Source: a virus
Taxonomy: Duplodnaviria; Caudoviricetes
Reading direction: 5' to 3' (one strand)
Virus record (IMG/VR): IMGVR_UViG_3300032232_000294
Span: 1-38,755 of that record
Length of the DNA: 38,755 bases
Of this stretch, positions 34,016 through 38,755 are shown one piece after another. The notes under the pieces were generated by a model, which worked only from the letters and a program-made list of their open reading frames with translations, did no database searches and had not been told where the DNA came from. Position 1 is the stretch's first letter, and every line of letters starts with the position of its first letter. The translations under genes and the position numbers were made by a program.

Positions 34016-35646
34016 TAGGCGCTTGTCCCACTAAGCAGCAGTTCAGCGCCCATGACGTAAATCCGTACAGGGTCTGTGCCAGACACTTCGTAGACGCGGT
34101 CACGTATCTTCATCGTCGCGCCAAGGCGGCGCCAAATGGTGCGATGCCCAAATCTGCCAATTCTGCCCATCGACTTCCAATGTTCGTTAGACCATGTATG
34201 GCCGCCATCGTCTGACCAGCGCAGCATAGCTTGCGGGGTATACCCCGGCGCTTCAGGGTATGCTTCCGTTTCTAGCACGTATCCGTTGTAATCTTCGGCG
34301 GGTTGCACTTGGGTAACCAATGGCTCGTTATTATCGTTGGCTTCCGTGACTAACTGGTCACCGGCTTGCGTAGTCAAATAGCCTTGCACAAACTGGGCTA
34401 CGAGGATGTCACCTGATTCAGTGGCAAGGTCTTCGGCATCGTAAGCGGGATATAAGTTAAGCCCAACGCCTGTCTCGCAATCAAACTGCATGGCGTGCTG
34501 AATAGTACGCGAGAGGTTGTTAGCGCCCGTTGGCAGCGCGCGCCATGACCGCAGCCATTTTTGCGGTGCGCCATCATCAGCGTACACGTTTAGGTCAAAC
34601 TCATAAATCTTGCCGTTTTCGTAGTCGCCTACAACTGTGGTGTTGTTAAAAAACATCTGATTGTCGGCACGGTGGCGGTTAAAATCGCCGCTGGCAAACG
34701 ACGCGCGCTCATGCCATGCACCAGTAGCCACATCGTAGACCCATGTGGTGTCGGCGCTTGGGAAGTTTAGGACGTAGAAGCTGTGACCGTCCTGCTGATA
34801 CGTGTAGCCAGTGGCGTCTGAGATGTTGGCATACTCTTGCATCTGCCATTCAATAGCGTGCGTAGACACGCGTTGGCCAATGTAGCCAGCAGCTTTGTAG
34901 ACAATCCCTTGACCGCGTGCGTCCTTGCCTAGCCAGTAAATCTGGTTGTCCATCTTGGCAACGCTGTACGGGGCAGCGCAGCCTAGTTCATTAAACGCGC
35001 CTTGGATACGGGCCAGCGGAAAGTCAAGCAGACCTGCGTCATACCAGACTTCAGTTGAGTTTGTGCCAAACACCCAGACTTCGCGGTGATCGACAAAGAT
35101 AGCGACCACATTGTCTGGATTGCCTTCGGCGCTGGCAAACTCCAGCGGGTCAACGGACAGGCCGTCGAGCAGTTGCGTCACCCAAATCTTTTGAGTGCCG
35201 GGTTCGTTAAACGTGAAATAGCCGTCAATGTAGCCGACCGTACCAGCGCCGGGGAAGTCAGGGTCGGTAATCTGCTGGAACACGTCAGTGCTGGCGTTGT
35301 AGATGTAGCCTTGCGGGTTAGCCGCAATGAATAGCTGCGTGCCGTTGTCAGCCATGCTGACAGGGCTAGTGCCGCCTACAGTGCCTTTGGCAACCGCGTT
35401 CCAGCTACTGTCAATCTGATACAGCGTTGTGCCAGACACGGCATAGCCGTAGCTGCCATACGTCCACAGCCCGCGTATAGGGCCAGTACCAAGGGTTGCT
35501 AAGGTAGTTAGCCCCGGTGCGCGCTGAAGAAACGCGGGTTCCTTGCCGCCTTCTGAAACAATCTCTGGAAACAGATTGACCATGCGGTTGTCGGCAGCGT
35601 TGACGCTTCTAGCGACATACGCGGAACCAAGGATGGGAGTTTTCAT
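34015..35646 (-). CDS. Tail hub / packaged DNA stabilization protein (P22 gp10-like)
   Basis: DGYF, F.SAE..PD, STEVW, YQQDGHSFY, WHER, MLRWSDDGG, WRRLG. Confidence 0.88.
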   Translation of the reverse strand: MKTPILGSAYVARSVNAADNRMVNLFPEIVSEGGKEPAFLQRAPGLTTLATLGTGPIRGLWTYGSYGYAVSGTTLYQIDSSWNAVAKGTVGGTSPVSMADNGTQLFIAANPQGYIYNASTDVFQQITDPDFPGAGTVGYIDGYFTFNEPGTQKIWVTQLLDGLSVDPLEFASAEGNPDNVVAIFVDHREVWVFGTNSTEVWYDAGLLDFPLARIQGAFNELGCAAPYSVAKMDNQIYWLGKDARGQGIVYKAAGYIGQRVSTHAIEWQMQEYANISDATGYTYQQDGHSFYVLNFPSADTTWVYDVATGAWHERASFASGDFNRHRADNQMFFNNTTVVGDYENGKIYEFDLNVYADDGAPQKWLRSWRALPTGANNLSRTIQHAMQFDCETGVGLNLYPAYDAEDLATESGDILVAQFVQGYLTTQAGDQLVTEANDNNEPLVTQVQPAEDYNGYVLETEAYPEAPGYTPQAMLRWSDDGGHTWSNEHWKSMGRIGRFGHRTIWRRLGATMKIRDRVYEVSGTDPVRIYVMGAELLLSGTSA

Positions 35647-35649
35647 TGC

Positions 35650-36390
35650 TTAGTAACTCGGATACCATTTAGCCGTCGTAACGTCGTAAGTCATAGTCAA
35701 AGCCTTGCTGACTACAGCCGTAGACGCCAGCGCAATGTTCCCCGCCGTAGTGGTTGTAAAAATACCTGTGGGTATTAAAGTTATGGTTCCGCCGCCCGTT
35801 GATATAGGCGAAGGAGCAGTAATTGTAGCGATAGCCGCTACCCCGCTTATAAACGTAATGTCTTTTGTCGGCGCTATAGTAGCCGCGCTTGCTATAGTAG
35901 GGGCTGCTGCCGATGTAGCCAATACATCTGTCAACGTCGGTGAAGTTAATATTGGCGTAGTGATCGTAGGCGTACTGATCGTAGGCGTAGTGATCGTAGG
36001 TGAAGATGCAAACACTGCTGATCCTGTACCTGTTTCGTCTGTCAAAGCAGTCCGCAAATTAGCTGATGTAGGTGTAGTTAAAAAAGTAGCTATACCTGTC
36101 CCAAGACCGCTTACGCCCGTTGAAATAGGTAGGCTGGTGCAATTTGACAGGTTACCGCTGGTTGGCGTTCCCAATATTGGGGTTGTCAACACCATTGATG
36201 TACTGGTGCAATTCGACAGGTTACCGCTGGTTGGCGTTCCTAGTGCGGGCGTAACAAACGCGGGGCTGGTGAATAGGTTGGTTACGGATAATTGCTTGGT
36301 TGTACTGGTCGCGGCCTGAACAATCGGCAACACATCAGCGCCAGCTTGCGAAGCGGCAACAGGCAGCGCGGAGATAGTAATATTAGTCAT
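35650..36390 (-). CDS. Short tail fibre / adaptor
   Basis: ISALP N-terminus; LGTPTSGNLSNCT twice (38-bp repeat at 36134..36171 and 36203..36240); DETGTG..VFA.SPT; PTITT repeats. Confidence 0.7.
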   Translation of the reverse strand: MTNITISALPVAASQAGADVLPIVQAATSTTKQLSVTNLFTSPAFVTPALGTPTSGNLSNCTSTSMVLTTPILGTPTSGNLSNCTSLPISTGVSGLGTGIATFLTTPTSANLRTALTDETGTGSAVFASSPTITTPTISTPTITTPILTSPTLTDVLATSAAAPTIASAATIAPTKDITFISGVAAIATITAPSPISTGGGTITLIPTGIFTTTTAGNIALASTAVVSKALTMTYDVTTAKWYPSY

Positions 36391-37107
36391 TTAGTAATTC
36401 CCTGCATAGATGTTAAAGCGTTGGCGTGAAGCGATGAGGCTGTACGGTACAGACATAATGTCGCCGGGGCTGTTGATGCGTTTCAAGTTACGCTTGGATG
36501 CCATTGCCAGACGGCGGACTTGCGATGATGGCTCTACGCCAAACTCAGGCGCCATTTCGCACGCCAAGTTATAGCGGAACGCACGCAGATAGCCGGGAGG
36601 AAAACTCAATACGGTTGCCAGCGTTGCAGGCTGCGTAAGTTCTTCAACCGAAATGAAATGCCATGTCAGGTTGCGCGTAGGGCGCGGGTAGATGTACATA
36701 TCAATATCTGGATATGTCATGTTGACAAAGAGAACTTGCGGAAAGGTAGACGTGACAGTCTTGACCGCGATGCCGTCATACTGCTGCTGGTTAATCATTT
36801 TAATGCCGTAGCTGACGCCCGTGCCGGGATCGACAAAGTACGTTGCATCGTCAAGCAGAACGGGGCGGTTGCCAACAAAGTTGCCAGTTGGTCCAAGCGT
36901 GCGGCTGATGATGCCAGAAGGCCATGTGAATACTTGGTCTTGTGTCGAGAAGACGGACAGGCGCTCTGTTGACCAACTATCAATCATCTGTTGCATTGCC
37001 GTCAAAGCGTCTTGCGATGTCTCCGCGGAAGGGACTTCACCCTCCGCCAGAACACCCAGCAAGCGCAAAGAACCGTTAATGATGTCACTTGCGGTATCCG
37101 TGCTCAT
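36391..37107 (-). CDS. Head-tail adaptor (P22 gp4-like)
   Basis: TA.DII..SLR.LGV..GE; PPGY..A..YNLA.E.APEFG. Confidence 0.8.
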   Translation of the reverse strand: MSTDTASDIINGSLRLLGVLAEGEVPSAETSQDALTAMQQMIDSWSTERLSVFSTQDQVFTWPSGIISRTLGPTGNFVGNRPVLLDDATYFVDPGTGVSYGIKMINQQQYDGIAVKTVTSTFPQVLFVNMTYPDIDMYIYPRPTRNLTWHFISVEELTQPATLATVLSFPPGYLRAFRYNLACEMAPEFGVEPSSQVRRLAMASKRNLKRINSPGDIMSVPYSLIASRQRFNIYAGNY

Positions 37108-37613
37108 TTTTTATTCCTTTGTTTGGCGGACGCCGACATTTTTGCCCGTGATTCAGCGGACGGCTTTATACCAATGTGCGAAGCACTAATTTTCGCGCGG
37201 ACTTCAGTTGAACGTGGCTTACCTCGCAAAGCAGCCGCGCGTTTTGCAATAGTTTCAGGCGATTGTTTGCGGCCAAGTTGTGCTTGGCGCATTTTTTCCC
37301 GCGCTTCTGGAGAGCGTTTTAGTCCAAGGCACGAATTAGCTATGCGCCGTTTGTTGTACGTAGGGCGGAAAAAATCTAGCCAAACTTGCTCACGCGAGAT
37401 CAAATCCTTTTTATCGCCGACAATCTCAACGACTTCCCAATCAAACGCATCTGCGCCATACTTATGGTAAGCGTTTTGCAAATGACGGCAAGCGTGTACG
37501 TTCTTACGAAGGTCGTAATTGTGGCGCCGCCATCTACGTGCAACATCAACCGCAGACCCGACATACATATCGGAAGTCTCTGTGTTGACAATCGCGTAGA
37601 TGGCACTCGCCAT
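37104..37613 (-). mobile_element. Free-standing GIY-YIG homing endonuclease with NUMOD3-like repeats
   Basis: AIY..YVGS..RW..H..E..YN; repeated S.E.R.K.S; own AGGAG RBS. Confidence 0.85.
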
Positions 37614-37625
37614 TAACTTACTCCT

Positions 37626-37655
37626 AAAAAGGGCGCCCCGACCGAAGCCGGGGCG
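37626..37655 (-). terminator. Intrinsic terminator (C-UUCG-G hairpin + U tract)
   Basis: CGCCCCGGC-TTCG-GTCGGGGCG-CCCTTTTT on the minus strand. Confidence 0.7.
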
Positions 37656-37661
37656 AACTTA

Positions 37662-38060
37662 TTAACCAGCGATACGGTACAGGTTGTACGTAGCTTCGCC
37701 GGTCTTGACTGCGCGGAACAGAACGCTCTTAGAAGCAACGCCTGCGCCTGAACCAACCAACGTCCAGCCAGTGCCTACTACGATAGTAGGTACGCCAGTG
37801 CTGGTAGCAACCAAAGCAACGTCAAACGCTGAGTTGATTTTTGCGCTGCTGATGTCGGCGTTAGTAACGGTAACTGTTGGCAAGGTAAGGTCTGCTGCCG
37901 ACGCCGAAGTGTAGACAATAAGACCGCCAGACAAATCAAGAGTAGTTACTGTTGCTGCCGCGGTGTACGCAGTAGGAACAGGAGACGTTGACAGGTTAAC
38001 TTCGGTGAGGTTGCCATCACCAAGTTGATAGCCGCCGGCGCCATTAGGTAAAGTAGGCAT
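37662..38060 (-). CDS. Probable capsid decoration / minor structural protein
   Basis: 132 aa beta-rich; directly downstream of the coat gene. Confidence 0.65.
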   Translation of the reverse strand: MPTLPNGAGGYQLGDGNLTEVNLSTSPVPTAYTAAATVTTLDLSGGLIVYTSASAADLTLPTVTVTNADISSAKINSAFDVALVATSTGVPTIVVGTGWTLVGSGAGVASKSVLFRAVKTGEATYNLYRIAG

Positions 38061-38074
38061 AGTAAAAATCCTTC

Positions 38075-38105
38075 AAAAAGTGTGGCCCCCGGCGAACCGA
38101 GGGCC
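38075..38105 (-). terminator. Terminator/attenuator hairpin after the coat gene
   Basis: GGCCCTCGG-TTCG-CCGGGGGCC-ACAC-TTTTT. Confidence 0.65.
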
Positions 38106-38113
38106 GTGTTAGA

Positions 38114-38755
38114 TTAACCCCACATCCGAACAGCCATCTGCGGACGGATCGTGCTGTAGCCATACAGAACGTCAATACGGCAAGGCATACGGTCGTTGTT
38201 GATGTCGTACTGACGAACAACGCGGAGCGAAATGCCGTTATGCACCTGACGCGAAGCCATATCTACGCCCTGTGGGAGCAGAAGGTCGGCGGTTGCGAAG
38301 GTGATAGCGTCCTTGTGGTAGATAAGGTTCTGAGCATATTGCGTAGAAGCCGTACCAACAAAGATGATTGCCTTCGAGTTACCGGGCAGAGTGTTAACCG
38401 TAGCAAGTGCGTGTGCTGCCGAGTAGATTGCAGCAACAGTTACGTTACCAGCGCCAGCGCCACTGAGTGTGACATCAGCAAGAGCAACGAACTGGAACAA
38501 CGAACCAGTGCTTTCACGAGTTTGTGGGTTGACTTGGAAGCAGTCAGCAACAGTAAACACGTCGCCAGCCTTAACCGTAGCAGATGCGCCAGCGCCAGTG
38601 ATGGCGATGGTGGTTGCACCTTCAGTGGTAACAGCCGCCGAAGTCGTGCCGCCAGTTGCAGTACGCGAACCAGTGGTGAACTGCTTGATGGACTGCGACA
38701 TATTGATTTCGTCGAAACCAAGTACGCCAGTACCCATCATGCCGTTCTTGAACTG
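38114..38755 (-). CDS. Major capsid protein, 3' part (joins 1..681)
   Basis: ...GISLRVVRQYDINNDRMPCRIDVLYG, a P22-coat-like C-terminus. Confidence 0.92.
   Translation of the reverse strand, partial: QFKNGMMGTGVLGFDEINMSQSIKQFTTGSRTATGGTTSAAVTTEGATTIAITGAGASATVKAGDVFTVADCFQVNPQTRESTGSLFQFVALADVTLSGAGAGNVTVAAIYSAAHALATVNTLPGNSKAIIFVGTASTQYAQNLIYHKDAITFATADLLLPQGVDMASRQVHNGISLRVVRQYDINNDRMPCRIDVLYGYSTIRPQMAVRMWG
38642..38755. repeat. Terminal direct repeat, right copy
   Basis: Identical to 1..114. Confidence 0.95.

Noticed and set aside
35705-36319. 204-aa Val-rich + strand ORF
   Set aside because: Antisense shadow of the Thr/Pro-rich fibre gene; the same applies to most short opposite-strand ORFs in the track.
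1-38755. Stop-codon reassignment
   Set aside because: Core genes are full length in the standard bacterial code, and TAA, TGA and TAG all serve as stops.

Overview
Apparently a complete, circularly permuted ~38.6-kb tailed phage genome: 1..114 is identical to 38642..38755 and the major capsid gene runs across the junction. It has a P22-like podovirus virion module (terS/terL, portal, scaffold, coat, gp4/gp10-like tail, three ejection proteins, two paralogous tailspikes, possible head spike). It also has a replication module (family A DNA polymerase, primase-helicase, SSB-like, DUF2800, VRR-NUC, SNF2), an M15 endolysin/holin/spanin lysis cassette and a + strand early region of small genes. A GcrA-like HTH and alpha-type Fur-box-like sites suggest an alphaproteobacterial host (inference). 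No integrase, CI-like repressor, tRNA or CRISPR array was recognised. The most notable unexplained signals: (1) one 16-bp dyad (TGCA-N8-TGYW) at all six predicted sigma70 promoters; (2) four regularly spaced Fur-box-like palindromes that each contain a GANTC site, upstream of a late operon encoding a Dps/ferritin-like protein; (3) a 53-bp promoter repeat bracketing one tailspike as an excisable cassette; (4) a 19-21-bp stop/RBS/start repeat delimiting early mini-genes; (5) a sulfotransferase-GNAT fusion inside the tail module. All family calls come from motif recognition by eye, not from database searches.
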